DNA of 56,676 nt from an uncultured Rickettsiales bacterium (GCA_964493735.1 CAZBPN010000007.1:2302-58977), one strand, 5' to 3'; numbered from the stretch's first letter, positions 18,500-30,358 are shown. The notes: generated by a model not told the origin, from the letters alone. Program-made: numbers and translations.

Positions 18500-20026
18500 C
18501 TAGGGATTGAACAGGTACGCCACCTGGGCGTCGCTTCCGTCTCCCCCGGCCAGCAAGAGCTTTCCATCCGTCAGGGTGACGATGTCGAAGGCCGACCTCC
18601 CGCCGGGGATCTCGACCTCCGGCAACGGCACGAAGGCCTCCACGGCCGGATCGAACAGCTCGCAGCTCTCGATGGGCTCCCCGTCCTCGTCCTCGCCCCC
18701 ACAGATCAGGAACCGGCCGTCGTCCAGCGCCGCCATCGCGAAGTCACAGCGGGGACTCGCCATCCGGGCGTCCAGGGGCGACCAGGTCCGTGAGGAGGGG
18801 TCATAGACCTCGGCGGTGTCGAGCACCCGGGCGACCGCCTCCTCGTCCTCGCTGCACCCCCCGAGGGCCACGACCCGTCCCTGGGGATCGTCGGGCAGCC
18901 GCAACAGACCGAACGCCGCGCGGGGTTCGTCCAGGGTCATCCCCTCGTTGGCGTCGACGCCGCCGGGGGTCCAGATCTCGCACTCGCCGGTGGCGGTCCA
19001 GCCGTCGAAGGCGTAGCGGGAGCCGCCGCAGACCAGCACCGCGCCGTCCGCCAGCTGCACGGCGGCGTGGTCGGCCCGGGCCCGCTCCATCTGACCGCCG
19101 ATGACCGCCTGGCCGACCAGCAGATCGATGACCAGGTAGTCGTCGGCGGGGCGCTCGTCGGACCCCTGCCAGCGCAGGCCGCCGGAGAGAAGCAGCCGAC
19201 CGTCTTCCAGGGGGGTCAGGTGGGGGTGGGCGACCGCGACCGGTAGATCGAAGGCACCGGCCAGGGTGCCGGTGGCGGGATCGTAGGAGTCGACCTCGGC
19301 GACCATCGCGTCGCCCTCGACCGCATCCTCCCAGCCGCCCATGATCAGCACGCGGCCGTCCAGGGGGCTGCCAGCCCGGTCCACCGTATGCAGGGCCGAG
19401 CCCAGCCGGTGGTAGTCCGGATCCAGCTCCTCGAAGCCGTACCGGCCGTCGTCCCCGAGCACCAGCCGCTCGATCCCCGGCGACGCCTGGTCGACCGGGT
19501 AGGAGCCGGCCCGTCCGCCCACCACCAGCGCGGTGCCGTCAGGGAGCGACGCGACACCGCCGTCGACCCGGCGGCTGCCGAGCTCGCCGGCCACCTGTCC
19601 CAGCCGCTGCCGGCGGCTGAAATAGACGGCGACCGAACCCTCGGTGTCCACCGAGACCACCTCGGAGACGCCGTTGGCCAGCTCCAGCGCGTTCGCCTCG
19701 TCGGCGGGGTCGAATCCCAGGCCGCGGAAGGAGACCACCGCCAGGCCTGCCTCGGCCGACGGGGGCACGCCGCCAATCTGCCACTCCCCGCTCTCCACCG
19801 GCGTGGAGTAGTAGGTCAGTGGATCCCCCTGCTGGTAGGCCAGGGTCATCTCCAGGACGTCCAGGTCCGCGAAGGGATCCTGGTCCGGCGGCGGGACGAG
19901 ATCGACGCGCAGATCGAACGAGGAATCTCCGGTGGGGCAGCCTCCCAGAACGACCCCTGCCAGCCACAGGGCGGCGAGGGCGATTCGCGGGCGGCGTTGC
20001 GTGCGTCCCATGGCTCGATGGGCCAT
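18500..20026 (-). CDS. Kelch-repeat beta-propeller lipoprotein
   Basis: Lipobox VVLGGC followed by PTGDSS. Repeated Kelch-like units include VVGGRAG...ERL, IMGGWED...VDSYDP, LLSGGLRW, LVCGGSRY, VALGGCSEDE...AEVYDPSSRTWSPL and LICGGEDEDG...CELFDP. The start is uncertain between 20071, 20026 and 20011; a GAGGGG RBS precedes 20026. Confidence 0.75.
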   Translation of the reverse strand: MAHRAMGRTQRRPRIALAALWLAGVVLGGCPTGDSSFDLRVDLVPPPDQDPFADLDVLEMTLAYQQGDPLTYYSTPVESGEWQIGGVPPSAEAGLAVVSFRGLGFDPADEANALELANGVSEVVSVDTEGSVAVYFSRRQRLGQVAGELGSRRVDGGVASLPDGTALVVGGRAGSYPVDQASPGIERLVLGDDGRYGFEELDPDYHRLGSALHTVDRAGSPLDGRVLIMGGWEDAVEGDAMVAEVDSYDPATGTLAGAFDLPVAVAHPHLTPLEDGRLLLSGGLRWQGSDERPADDYLVIDLLVGQAVIGGQMERARADHAAVQLADGAVLVCGGSRYAFDGWTATGECEIWTPGGVDANEGMTLDEPRAAFGLLRLPDDPQGRVVALGGCSEDEEAVARVLDTAEVYDPSSRTWSPLDARMASPRCDFAMAALDDGRFLICGGEDEDGEPIESCELFDPAVEAFVPLPEVEIPGGRSAFDIVTLTDGKLLLAGGDGSDAQVAYLFNP

Positions 20027-20137
20027 TGTATTCGCCCCTCGTCGGCGGTACCACCGGGGTGGCCGGCCCATCTTGACCGGCGACGAGGGCCAATCCTATA
20101 CTCAACCCCTTGAAATCCCACCGGAACCAGGGCACTC

Positions 20138-22219
20138 TTGGCCCCTCCGTTGGGCAGCTGTCGCGCCGGGAGTGCTGACGTGGGACCCTCCGATCCGCCG
20201 AAGAACGCGCCCGAAACGCCGCCGGCGCGCGCGGGCCGGTTCGACGCCGAGCCCTTTGGCAAGTACTTCCTGATCGACCGGATCGCCGTGGGCGGCATGG
20301 CCGAGGTCTTCCGCGCGCGCACCTACGGCGAGGGCGGGTTCGAGAAGGAGCTGGTGCTCAAGCGGATCCTGCCGCACCTGACGGACAACGCGGACTTCGT
20401 CCAGATGTTTGTCGAGGAGGCCAAGCTCACCGTCTCGCTGCAGCACCCCAACATCGTCCAGGTCTACGACTTCGGCAAGACGCTCAAGCACTACTGGCTG
20501 GCGATGGAGGGGATCTACGGCAAGGACGCCAAGTCGCTCCAGGAGAAGCTGGACGACACGGGCCAGGCCCTGCCGGTCAAGTTCGCGGCGTACGTGATCC
20601 ACGAGGTGGCGACCGGCCTGTACCACGCCCATCGGAAGAGCGACGAGGACGGCGAGTCCCTGGGCATCGTCCACCGGGACGTCTCCCCCAGCAACATCCT
20701 GATCTCCTACGACGGCCAGGTGAAGCTGGTGGACTTCGGGATCGCCAAGGCCTCGAACTCGGCCTTCGCCTCCACCGAGGAGGGGGTGCTCAAGGGCAAG
20801 TTCGAGTACATGAGCCCGGAGCAGGCCCGGGGTGAGGCGAGCGTCGTCGACCCCCGCTCCGACGTGTTCGCCGCCGGCATCTGCCTCTGGGAGATGGTCA
20901 CCGGCGAGCGGCTGTTCAAGGCGGACTCGGACCTGAGGACGCTGGACCGGGTCAAGTCCGGCGACGTCCCCCCGGTGCACGAACTCAACAAGGAGATCCC
21001 GCCGGAGCTGGGTCGGATCATCCACAAGGCGCTGTCGCTGGCCCCCGAGGACCGCTACCAGGACGCCGAGGCCCTCCGCCGCGATCTGGAGGAGTTCCTC
21101 AAGCCGGCCACGATCCACGAGCTGGCCCACGACGCGGCCGCGTGGATGCAGGAGTTCTTCGCCGACGAGCGGAAGGACGAGAAGCAGCGGCTGGAGCGCG
21201 GCCGGACGTCCGCTGCGGCCCTGGTCCGGATGGAGGACACGGTCGAGCTCGAGCTCGAGGATGACGACCTGGACGCGGTCGACACCATCGAGGAGCTGCC
21301 GCTGGTCAAGCTCGACGAGCCCATCGCCGAGGAACCCCCGCCGCCGCGCTCCAAGGCGTGGGTGGCCATCGCAGGCGTGCTGGGCCTGCTGCTGATCCTC
21401 GTGGTCGGCGGCGCCATCGCCGCCTGGCAGCTGGGCTGGATTCCCACCGCGACCGCGCCGGTGGACGAGGGCCCGCGGCTCGGGACGCTGATCCTGGACA
21501 TCCAGCCCCCGGAAGCCGCCGACGCGGAGGTGAAGCTCGACGATCAGGTGGTGGAGATCCCCTACGACCAGCTGGAGCCCGATCGGGACTACAAGCTGGT
21601 GATCCGGAAGGACAACTTCGAGGTCCACGAGGAGAGCGTCCGCGTGGGGGCGGGCGAGACGCTGCGGCTCCGGCCCCGGCTGGTGGCCGCGGTCGCGGAG
21701 CCGGAGACCCCGGCCGAGCCGGTCACGCCGCCGCCCCCGGTCGAGGCGACCACCCCGACGCCGCCGGTGGAGGACGAGCCGCCGGCGCTCGTGTTCAAGA
21801 GCAACCCCCGGGGTGCCGACGTGGTGATCGACGGACGGGTGGTGGGCAAGTCCCCCCACCGCTACACCTCGGCCAGCCCGGGGCAGACCGTCCGCGCCAC
21901 GTTCAAGCTCGACGGCTACGAGGACACCCCCGTGTCGGCGACCTTCCCCCGCAACGGCTCGGTGTCCGCCCGCGGGACCCTGGCCAGGCTGCCGGAGAAG
22001 AGCGCGGAGCCCGCGTTCCTGCGGATCAACGCGACCCCGTGGGCCGACGTGTACGTGGACGGGAAGAACGTGGGGCAGACACCCATCGGCAGCCTGGAGG
22101 TCGAGCCCGGGACCCACACGGTCAAGCTGGTCTGTCCGCCGCTGGGGACCGAGGCCACCAAGTCCGTCACCGTCGGTCCGGGGGAGACCAAGCCGGTCTC
22201 CGCCGACCTCGAGGAGTAG
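20138..22219 (+). CDS. Ser/Thr protein kinase with one TM segment and C-terminal PEGA domains
   Basis: Kinase motifs GGMAEVFRA, VLKRI, HRDVSPSNILI, DFGIAK and MSPEQ. TM segment WVAIAGVLGLLLILVVGGAIAAW. PEGA-like segments FKSNPRGADVVIDGRVVGKSP and INATPWADVYVDGKNVGQTPIG. TTG start at 20138, or GTG at 20180. Confidence 0.9.
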   Translation: MAPPLGSCRAGSADVGPSDPPKNAPETPPARAGRFDAEPFGKYFLIDRIAVGGMAEVFRARTYGEGGFEKELVLKRILPHLTDNADFVQMFVEEAKLTVSLQHPNIVQVYDFGKTLKHYWLAMEGIYGKDAKSLQEKLDDTGQALPVKFAAYVIHEVATGLYHAHRKSDEDGESLGIVHRDVSPSNILISYDGQVKLVDFGIAKASNSAFASTEEGVLKGKFEYMSPEQARGEASVVDPRSDVFAAGICLWEMVTGERLFKADSDLRTLDRVKSGDVPPVHELNKEIPPELGRIIHKALSLAPEDRYQDAEALRRDLEEFLKPATIHELAHDAAAWMQEFFADERKDEKQRLERGRTSAAALVRMEDTVELELEDDDLDAVDTIEELPLVKLDEPIAEEPPPPRSKAWVAIAGVLGLLLILVVGGAIAAWQLGWIPTATAPVDEGPRLGTLILDIQPPEAADAEVKLDDQVVEIPYDQLEPDRDYKLVIRKDNFEVHEESVRVGAGETLRLRPRLVAAVAEPETPAEPVTPPPPVEATTPTPPVEDEPPALVFKSNPRGADVVIDGRVVGKSPHRYTSASPGQTVRATFKLDGYEDTPVSATFPRNGSVSARGTLARLPEKSAEPAFLRINATPWADVYVDGKNVGQTPIGSLEVEPGTHTVKLVCPPLGTEATKSVTVGPGETKPVSADLEE

Positions 22220-22222
22220 CCC

Positions 22223-24322
22223 GTGGCCGCCGGGTCAGCCGGCGCTCCGCGCCATCTCCCCCTCCCCGCCGAGCTCCTCCGCTGGCGCTGCGATCCCGCC
22301 GTCTTCGGCGCACCGTCCACCGCCCGCCTGAGCCCCGACCCCCGCTGGATCGGGGAGGAGCGGGTGGAGGCGGCGCTGCGGCTGGCGCTGCGGCTGGGTG
22401 GACCCTCCCAGCACGTGATCCTGCGGGGGCCGACGGGCACGGGCCAGCGCACGCTGCTGCGCCAGTGCGTGGCCGACGTGCCCGGGGAGGCCCGCGTTGG
22501 GCTCGACCGGGTGTTCGTCGAGTGCCCGACCATGCCGGAGCGGCTCCAGCTGCTGAGCCTGCCCGCCGGCGCCGGCACCCCTCTCGCCGAGGCCCTCGAC
22601 CGCTTCGTCGACGCGATGAACCTGCTGGCGGGGCGGACGCAGCGGGACGCCGCGGCGCGGGTGCGGGACGCCATGCGCGTCCTGCGCGACGCGGCCGGAG
22701 CCCACGCGCCGCGCGTCTTCTTCCGCGACCTGCGAGCGCGGGTCCACCGGGACCTGGGCCTGCTGCGGGGCGAGGGGGACGACGGGGAACGGATCCAGAC
22801 GACCGACGGCTACCGCGCCCGGGTTCTGCGCGACGCGGGCGGCATCGGGGCGCGCCCGCTGGTGGAGCTGACCCGCGTCGACGCGCCGACCCTGTTCGGC
22901 GGCCTCGGCGACGCCCATCCCGACGGTGGCCCCGCCGTGGCGCGCCTCCGGGGCGGCGCGCTGCTCGAGGCCGACGGGGGAGTCTGCGTGATACCGGCAG
23001 CCGACCTGCTGGCCGAGCCGGAGCTGGTCCGCCGGTTGCTGGGGACCCTTCGCCGGGGCACTCTCGAGCTGCGGCCACTGAACGGAAACGCCGGTGGCGG
23101 ACCGGACGAGCCGCGGCCCGACCCCATCCCCCTGACCACCCAGGTGGTGGTCGTCGGGGTCAGCGCGCCCCGGCTGAACGCCCTGCTCGAGCCGGCGGCC
23201 CGTCGGGTGTTCGGCGTGCTCGCCGACACCGGCGCGCGGATGCCCTACTCCGACGACGTGGCCCGGCGGCTGGGCGGTCACCTGGCGCACCTCCGCCGCG
23301 AGGAGGGGCTGCTGCCGCTGAAGGCCGCCGCCGCTGCGGCGTTGATCGAGGAGCTCGCCAAGGATGCCGAGGGACGGGGGCGCATCAGCACCCGCCTGGC
23401 GCTGCTTCGCGACCGGGTACGGGAGGCAGAACTACGTGCCCGGGACGCGGGGCGCCGGGTGGTGACGGCCGCCGACGTCGCCGGGGCACTGCGGGCGCGA
23501 CGCTGGCGGGCAGCCCGGGGCGAGGACGACCACCGGGAGCGGCTGGCCAGCCAGCGGCTCGCCGTGCGGACCGAGGGCACGGCCGTGGGCGTGGTCAACG
23601 GCATGCTGGTCTACGGCGCCGACGGGTACCGCTACGGGGCGCCCTGCCGGATCACGGCCACGACCGCGGTGGGGCGCGAGGGGGTGATCAACATCGAGCG
23701 GGAGGCCAAGCTCAGCGGCAAGACCTTCGACAAGGGGGTCTTCCTGCTCGTGGGCCTGCTGCGCGCCCGGTTCTGCCAGCGGGATCCCATGGGCATGGTG
23801 GCGATGATCACCTGCGAGCAGAACCACGGGCGCATCGATGGCGACTCGGCCGCGGCCGCAGAGCTGGCCGCGATCATCACCAACCTGGCGGGCGCGCCGG
23901 TGGATCAGGGGATCGCGCTGACCGGTTCGGTCAGCCAGCGGGGCGAGCTGTCCTCGGTCGGGGGCGTGAACCCCAAGATCGAGGGGTTCTTCGCCACCTG
24001 CCGTGACCGGGGGCTGACGGGCCGCCAGGGGGTGATCATCCCCCGCCGCAACCTGGAGGACCTGGTCCTCGATCCGGAGGTGGTCGGCGCGGTCCGCAAG
24101 GGGCGCTTCCGGGTGTGGGGGCTGGACACCATCGACCAGGCCCTCGAGGTGCTGACCGGACTCCCGGCCGGGGAGGCCGACGCCGAGGGCGAATACCCGG
24201 ACGACACCGTGCTCGGCCGGGCCCAGCGGCGGCTGCGGACGCTGTCGCGGCGAATCTTCCCGCCGCGGAAGCCGCCGACGCCGGCGAAGAAGCGCGGCGG
24301 ACGCACGAAGAAGCGCGGCTGA
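22223..24322 (+). CDS. Lon-like (S16) protease with an AAA-like N-terminal domain whose Walker motifs look degenerate
   Basis: S16 domain: VNGMLVYG..., catalytic-Ser context IDGDSAAAAELAAII and Lys context GGVNPKIEGFF. The P-loop-like GPTGTGQRT (22427-22453) has Gln where the Lys should be. The gene starts 3 nt after the kinase stop. Confidence 0.85.
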   Translation: MAAGSAGAPRHLPLPAELLRWRCDPAVFGAPSTARLSPDPRWIGEERVEAALRLALRLGGPSQHVILRGPTGTGQRTLLRQCVADVPGEARVGLDRVFVECPTMPERLQLLSLPAGAGTPLAEALDRFVDAMNLLAGRTQRDAAARVRDAMRVLRDAAGAHAPRVFFRDLRARVHRDLGLLRGEGDDGERIQTTDGYRARVLRDAGGIGARPLVELTRVDAPTLFGGLGDAHPDGGPAVARLRGGALLEADGGVCVIPAADLLAEPELVRRLLGTLRRGTLELRPLNGNAGGGPDEPRPDPIPLTTQVVVVGVSAPRLNALLEPAARRVFGVLADTGARMPYSDDVARRLGGHLAHLRREEGLLPLKAAAAAALIEELAKDAEGRGRISTRLALLRDRVREAELRARDAGRRVVTAADVAGALRARRWRAARGEDDHRERLASQRLAVRTEGTAVGVVNGMLVYGADGYRYGAPCRITATTAVGREGVINIEREAKLSGKTFDKGVFLLVGLLRARFCQRDPMGMVAMITCEQNHGRIDGDSAAAAELAAIITNLAGAPVDQGIALTGSVSQRGELSSVGGVNPKIEGFFATCRDRGLTGRQGVIIPRRNLEDLVLDPEVVGAVRKGRFRVWGLDTIDQALEVLTGLPAGEADAEGEYPDDTVLGRAQRRLRTLSRRIFPPRKPPTPAKKRGGRTKKRG

Positions 24323-24439
24323 CGCGTCTGTCCGGCAAAAAAGGGTGTCTCCAGCGGATTCCGGGTCTATTCTCGGCGTGAGGGCCTCGATCCCCGACGC
24401 CCCGACCACCGGGAAAGCGCGGGGATCGCGGGAGCGCAC

Positions 24440-26527
<2,088 letters not shown>

Positions 26528-26530
26528 GGA

Positions 26531-27952
26531 TCAGGGCTCGATGACGACCGTGACGGTGCCGTTGCCGGGCACCGGCTGCTGGTTGGCCGCGTAGCTGGCG
26601 CCGGCGACGGCGCCGGCGACCCCACCGGCGACCGCGGTCCCCAGCACCACCCAGAACGCCGGCCGCTTGTGCACGGGCTTCGTGGGTCCGGTGGGGCCCT
26701 TGCGACCCGTGTCGTCGTCGTCGTCGTCGCCCCGGGGTACGTCGCGCACGGCGACCCGCTCCGCGGGCTCCGGTCCGGTCAGCAGACCGTTGAGGGTGGG
26801 ATTCCGCCCCAGGTGGATCGGGACCAGGGTGGCCGACGTCGAGTCGGGCCGGATCCCGCCGCCATCGTCCACCAGCTCCACCAGCTGGTTGACCAGCTCG
26901 TCGACGGCGTCGACGTCGACGATCCCCCCCGGCGCCACCAGCCCGAGCACCTCCTGGGAGAAGACGTCGGATCGGGGGCTGTACAGCTGCATGTGCAGGT
27001 TGTCGCCCTGATCCAGCGAGGCCAGCATCAGCAGGTCGGCGGGCACGATCTCGCCGACCTCCCGGTACAGGGACTGGACCCGCCGGCTGCGCGGCGACTC
27101 GGCCTTCTCCCGACCCAGGCGACGGATCCCCCGGTCCTCCAGGCGGAAGCTCAGGTCACGGACGTCGTCCGCGGCCACGGTCTCGTCCGAGTAGTCCCAG
27201 CCCCGGTCGGGGTGGTGCACGGTGATGTGGTATCGCCCGGGGGGCAGCTCGAGGACCGCCGGGGTCTGCCCCGACGGCATGCCGTTCACGTAGATGTCGG
27301 CGCCCGTGGACTTCCCGGACCCGATCTCGACCCGGGCCGTGCCGGACTCCTCGACCCGCCCGCGGGCCTCCTCGAAGGCCTCGAGCATCTTGGGCGGCGT
27401 CCGCACCGGATCCAGGCTCCGCGCTGGATCGGTGCGCACGACCTCTTCGAAGTACCCGCCGGCGACCTCGGTGTCCCCCAGCGCCATGTTGGTCAGCCCC
27501 AGGTAGAGGTGGATCTCCACCAGCAGCTTGGGATCGCGCATGAACTCGATGCCGCGCTCCAGCGCGCCCTGGGCCTTCTCCAGGCTCGACAGCGCACCCA
27601 TGAACTGGGCGTTGTCGTACAGGATGCGCCCCTCCTGGTAGGCGGCCTGGGCGCTGCCGAGGAACACGCCCTGGAGGATCGTGGTGCGCCGATCCCACAC
27701 GTTGCGGCCGATGTCGTACGTGTCGAGGACGTCCACCCGCCGGCTACCGTGCACCGAGTCGGCCAGGATCTCCGCCAGCTCCTCGAGGCCGTCCGGGTCG
27801 GCGTCCGGGTGACCGTGGACCCCCAGGATCGCGACCGTGGGCTCGCTGGCGGCCCGGGCGACGCCGGGGCCAAAAGGCAACCCCGCAGCGAGGCTGCCTG
27901 CCAGCAGCAGCGCCAGCGCCCTCAGACCCGCCCATCGACGAACGTTCCGCAT
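26531..27952 (-). CDS. Secreted TPR-like/PEGA-domain protein with a C-terminal TM anchor
   Basis: I trimmed the ORF to the in-frame ATG at 27952 (MRNVRRWAGLRALALLLAGSLAAGLPFGPGVARA signal peptide). PEGA-like segment: ARVEIGSGKSTGADIYVNGMPSGQTPAVLELPPGRYHITV. C-terminal TM: FWVVLGTAVAGGVAGAVAGA. Confidence 0.72.
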   Translation of the reverse strand: MRNVRRWAGLRALALLLAGSLAAGLPFGPGVARAASEPTVAILGVHGHPDADPDGLEELAEILADSVHGSRRVDVLDTYDIGRNVWDRRTTILQGVFLGSAQAAYQEGRILYDNAQFMGALSSLEKAQGALERGIEFMRDPKLLVEIHLYLGLTNMALGDTEVAGGYFEEVVRTDPARSLDPVRTPPKMLEAFEEARGRVEESGTARVEIGSGKSTGADIYVNGMPSGQTPAVLELPPGRYHITVHHPDRGWDYSDETVAADDVRDLSFRLEDRGIRRLGREKAESPRSRRVQSLYREVGEIVPADLLMLASLDQGDNLHMQLYSPRSDVFSQEVLGLVAPGGIVDVDAVDELVNQLVELVDDGGGIRPDSTSATLVPIHLGRNPTLNGLLTGPEPAERVAVRDVPRGDDDDDDTGRKGPTGPTKPVHKRPAFWVVLGTAVAGGVAGAVAGASYAANQQPVPGNGTVTVVIEP

Positions 27953-28009
27953 CGCTCCTGTCCCGTCTCCAGACGGCGATTCTTCCACGCCCGCGCCCGA
28001 ACTGTCCAG

Positions 28010-28038
28010 TTGGCCCGGGCGTCGGTTGGGGGTAGAGT
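28010..28038 (+). promoter_or_regulatory. Candidate sigma70-type promoter TTGGCC-N17-TAGAGT for the 28093 gene
   Basis: Hexamers read directly: 28010-28015 and 28033-28038, about 55 nt upstream of the ATG in a 140-bp divergent intergenic region. This rests on pattern match only. Confidence 0.25.
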
Positions 28039-28092
28039 ACCGGTCCCCTGGCCGGACCCCCTGCGCGAGCCCCGGGGTCGGGAAGGAACGAG

Positions 28093-29889
28093 ATGCTCCG
28101 GTCCACGCCCATCGCCGTCCTGTTCGCCCTCGCCCTGGTCGCCCAGACCGCTCTCGCCGCGGAACCCACGGCGGATCAGCGTGCCCGGCTCCAGGAGGCC
28201 CTCGACCTGACCTACGCCGACCGGGTCCCCGAGGCCACCGACAAGGCCTACCAGCTGCTGCAGTCCGCACCGGACTACGTGGAGGCCCACCGCCTGTACA
28301 TCGACCTCCTCGCCGCCCAGGGGCGGGCCGAGGACGCGATCCACTTCTACCGGCTGGCCCTGGACGCCAACCCCGGCAGCGCGGCCGCCCACTACCTGTA
28401 CGGCCGGGCCACCAACGCCCCGTCCATCGCCGAGGGTGAGTTCCGCAAGGCCATCGAGCTGGACCCCGACTTCGCCTGGGCCCACCACGGGCTCGGCGCG
28501 GCCCTGGCGATGAAGGGCGATCCCGAGGGGGGCATCGCCGAGTTCGAGCGGGCCATCGCGCTTCGGCCGGACATGACCGACGCCCACAACCACCTGGCCA
28601 ACCTCTACCTGAGTCAGGAGCGCGAGGACGACGCCATCGCGGCCTACCGGCGCGCCATCGAGATGGCGCCCGATCGCCCGGACGCCTACTTCTACCTGGG
28701 CACCTACTTCGCCCACCACGACCGGATCGAGGAGGCCGCCGAGCTGCTGGAGGACGCGGTCCGCCTGGACGGCAACAACCCCATGTTCCACCTGGAGCTG
28801 GGCTGCGTGTACTTCGACCTGCACCGGGAGCAGGACGCGCTGGCGTCCTTCGACGAGGGGCTACGGATCCACCCCCGCGAGGAGTACCTGCGGGACCTCC
28901 GGGCGGTCACCGCCGACGTGGTCGCGGGGACCGCCCCCCGGGAGGCGTTCACCCCCTTCCGCCAGGGGCTGGAGACGGTGGCCCTCGACCCGGAGGTGGC
29001 CCTGGCGTCCTTCGACGAGGCCCTGTCGCTCGCGCCCGACTTCTACCTGGCCCACCTGAACCGGGGCATCGTGCTGGCGGCGCTGGAGCGCACCGACGAG
29101 GCCGAGGATTCGGTCCGCCAGGCCCTGGCCCTCCAGCCCCGCTACCCGGAGAGCCACGCGTCGCTGGCGGTCCTGCTGATGGCCGACCAGCGCTACGACG
29201 AGGCGGAGGCCTCCCTCCAGCAGGCGCTGGCCCTGGATCCGGCCCACGTGGAGGCCCTCCGCGGGATGGGCATGGTCTACCTGCTCCAGGAGCGGCCCGA
29301 GCTGGCCGCCAGCTACTTCATGCGGGCGTCCAAGCTGTCACCCCGCGACCTGGGGCTGGCGGTCGAGCTGGCCGGCGCGTACATGCAGGCCGGTGACATG
29401 GAGCAGGCGGAGCAGACCCTGCGCTCGGTGCTCCGGGCGGATCCGCGCTTCAACTTCGCCCGCCACCAGCTGGCGGCGATGCTCGCGGAACAGCAGCGCT
29501 ACGACGAGGCGATCGCGGAGCTGGAGGAGCTGAAGAGCCGGGTGAGCTCGGAGGTGAACATCGGCGCGCTGATCGACCAGGTCAAGGCCCAGCGCCGGGT
29601 CCAGGAGCGGGAGGATTCCCCCCGCCTGCGGCTGTCGCAGATCCTGGTGAAGGACCGGGCGCTGGCCGACGACATCCGGGGCCGGGCGGCGGACGGCGAG
29701 GACTTCGGCCACCTGGCGCGGAGCTACTCCGTCGGCCCGACCGCCGCCGAGGGCGGCGACATCGGTCAGATGACGCTGGCGGACATCAACCCGACCATGG
29801 CCGCGGCGCTGGAGGGGGTGCCGGTGGGCGGCGTGACGCAGGTCATCGAGACCCCCGCCGGGTTCATGCTCTTCAAGCGGATGGAGTGA
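28093..29889 (+). CDS. Periplasmic TPR-repeat protein fused to a PpiC/parvulin peptidyl-prolyl isomerase domain
   Basis: Signal peptide ...ALVAQTALAA. Many TPR units (e.g. AIELDPDFAWAHHGLGAAL, AIALRPDMTDAHNHLANLY). C-terminal parvulin: SQILVKDRALADDIRGRAADGEDFGHLARSYS...GGDIG...GFMLFKR. Confidence 0.85.
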   Translation: MLRSTPIAVLFALALVAQTALAAEPTADQRARLQEALDLTYADRVPEATDKAYQLLQSAPDYVEAHRLYIDLLAAQGRAEDAIHFYRLALDANPGSAAAHYLYGRATNAPSIAEGEFRKAIELDPDFAWAHHGLGAALAMKGDPEGGIAEFERAIALRPDMTDAHNHLANLYLSQEREDDAIAAYRRAIEMAPDRPDAYFYLGTYFAHHDRIEEAAELLEDAVRLDGNNPMFHLELGCVYFDLHREQDALASFDEGLRIHPREEYLRDLRAVTADVVAGTAPREAFTPFRQGLETVALDPEVALASFDEALSLAPDFYLAHLNRGIVLAALERTDEAEDSVRQALALQPRYPESHASLAVLLMADQRYDEAEASLQQALALDPAHVEALRGMGMVYLLQERPELAASYFMRASKLSPRDLGLAVELAGAYMQAGDMEQAEQTLRSVLRADPRFNFARHQLAAMLAEQQRYDEAIAELEELKSRVSSEVNIGALIDQVKAQRRVQEREDSPRLRLSQILVKDRALADDIRGRAADGEDFGHLARSYSVGPTAAEGGDIGQMTLADINPTMAAALEGVPVGGVTQVIETPAGFMLFKRME

Positions 29890-29902
29890 GGGCCGTCGGG
29901 GA

Positions 29903-30259
29903 TCAGGAGCGGCCGGAGAACGACGAGACGTAGGCCTGGATGGCGCTGCTGGCCGGCCCGTCCAGATCCCGGAAGGCCACGCCCATCCCCGGATAGGGGA
30001 CCGGGACGCCGGCCATGCGGGTGGTCCAGATCACCTGTCCCCCCACCGTGACCACCTCGCCGCCAGGCAGCTGGAAGCGCAGGTTGACCTCGGTCCCCTC
30101 CTCGAGGGGCACCGGGGCGTCGATGAACACACCGCCTGCGCTGATGTTCCTGGCCCGGTGGAAGTACACTCCGGAGCGGTCCTGGACCTCGACCTCGACG
30201 AAGAGCGGACAGCGTTTCGTGACACGGAGTTCGCTGCTGTCGGTCACGCCCACCTCCAC
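29903..30259 (-). CDS. Single-domain PilZ protein (c-di-GMP receptor family)
   Basis: RxxxR motif (RVTKR) and the [DN]xSxxG motif (NISAGG), with the expected spacing and size (118 aa). Confidence 0.72.
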   Translation of the reverse strand: MEVGVTDSSELRVTKRCPLFVEVEVQDRSGVYFHRARNISAGGVFIDAPVPLEEGTEVNLRFQLPGGEVVTVGGQVIWTTRMAGVPVPYPGMGVAFRDLDGPASSAIQAYVSSFSGRS

Positions 30260-30329
30260 CGTTCACGGCCCGGACCGCGCGGAGCATACCATAGGGTTCG
30301 ACCCGCCGCAGGACCGCGCCGCCCGCCGC

Positions 30330-30358
30330 TTGTGAACCGGGTGCCGCGGTGATAGAAC
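30330..30358 (+). promoter_or_regulatory. Candidate promoter TTGTGA-N17-TAGAAC upstream of the yebC-ruv operon
   Basis: Read directly, in the 166-bp divergent intergenic region about 70 nt upstream of the yebC ATG. Pattern match only. Confidence 0.2.

Noticed and set aside
20138-24322. BREX-like defence interpretation (PglW-like kinase plus BrxL-like Lon protease)
   Set aside because: No PglX methyltransferase, PglZ phosphatase, BrxA, BrxB or BrxC is present anywhere in the window. The kinase has a membrane and PEGA architecture typical of myxobacterial signalling kinases.
30290-30305. tRNA-like GGTTCGA motif (AGGGTTCGACCCGCC) in the PilZ/yebC intergenic region
   Set aside because: There is no complementary acceptor stem and no D or anticodon arm around it. 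It is an isolated match to a T-loop-like heptamer.
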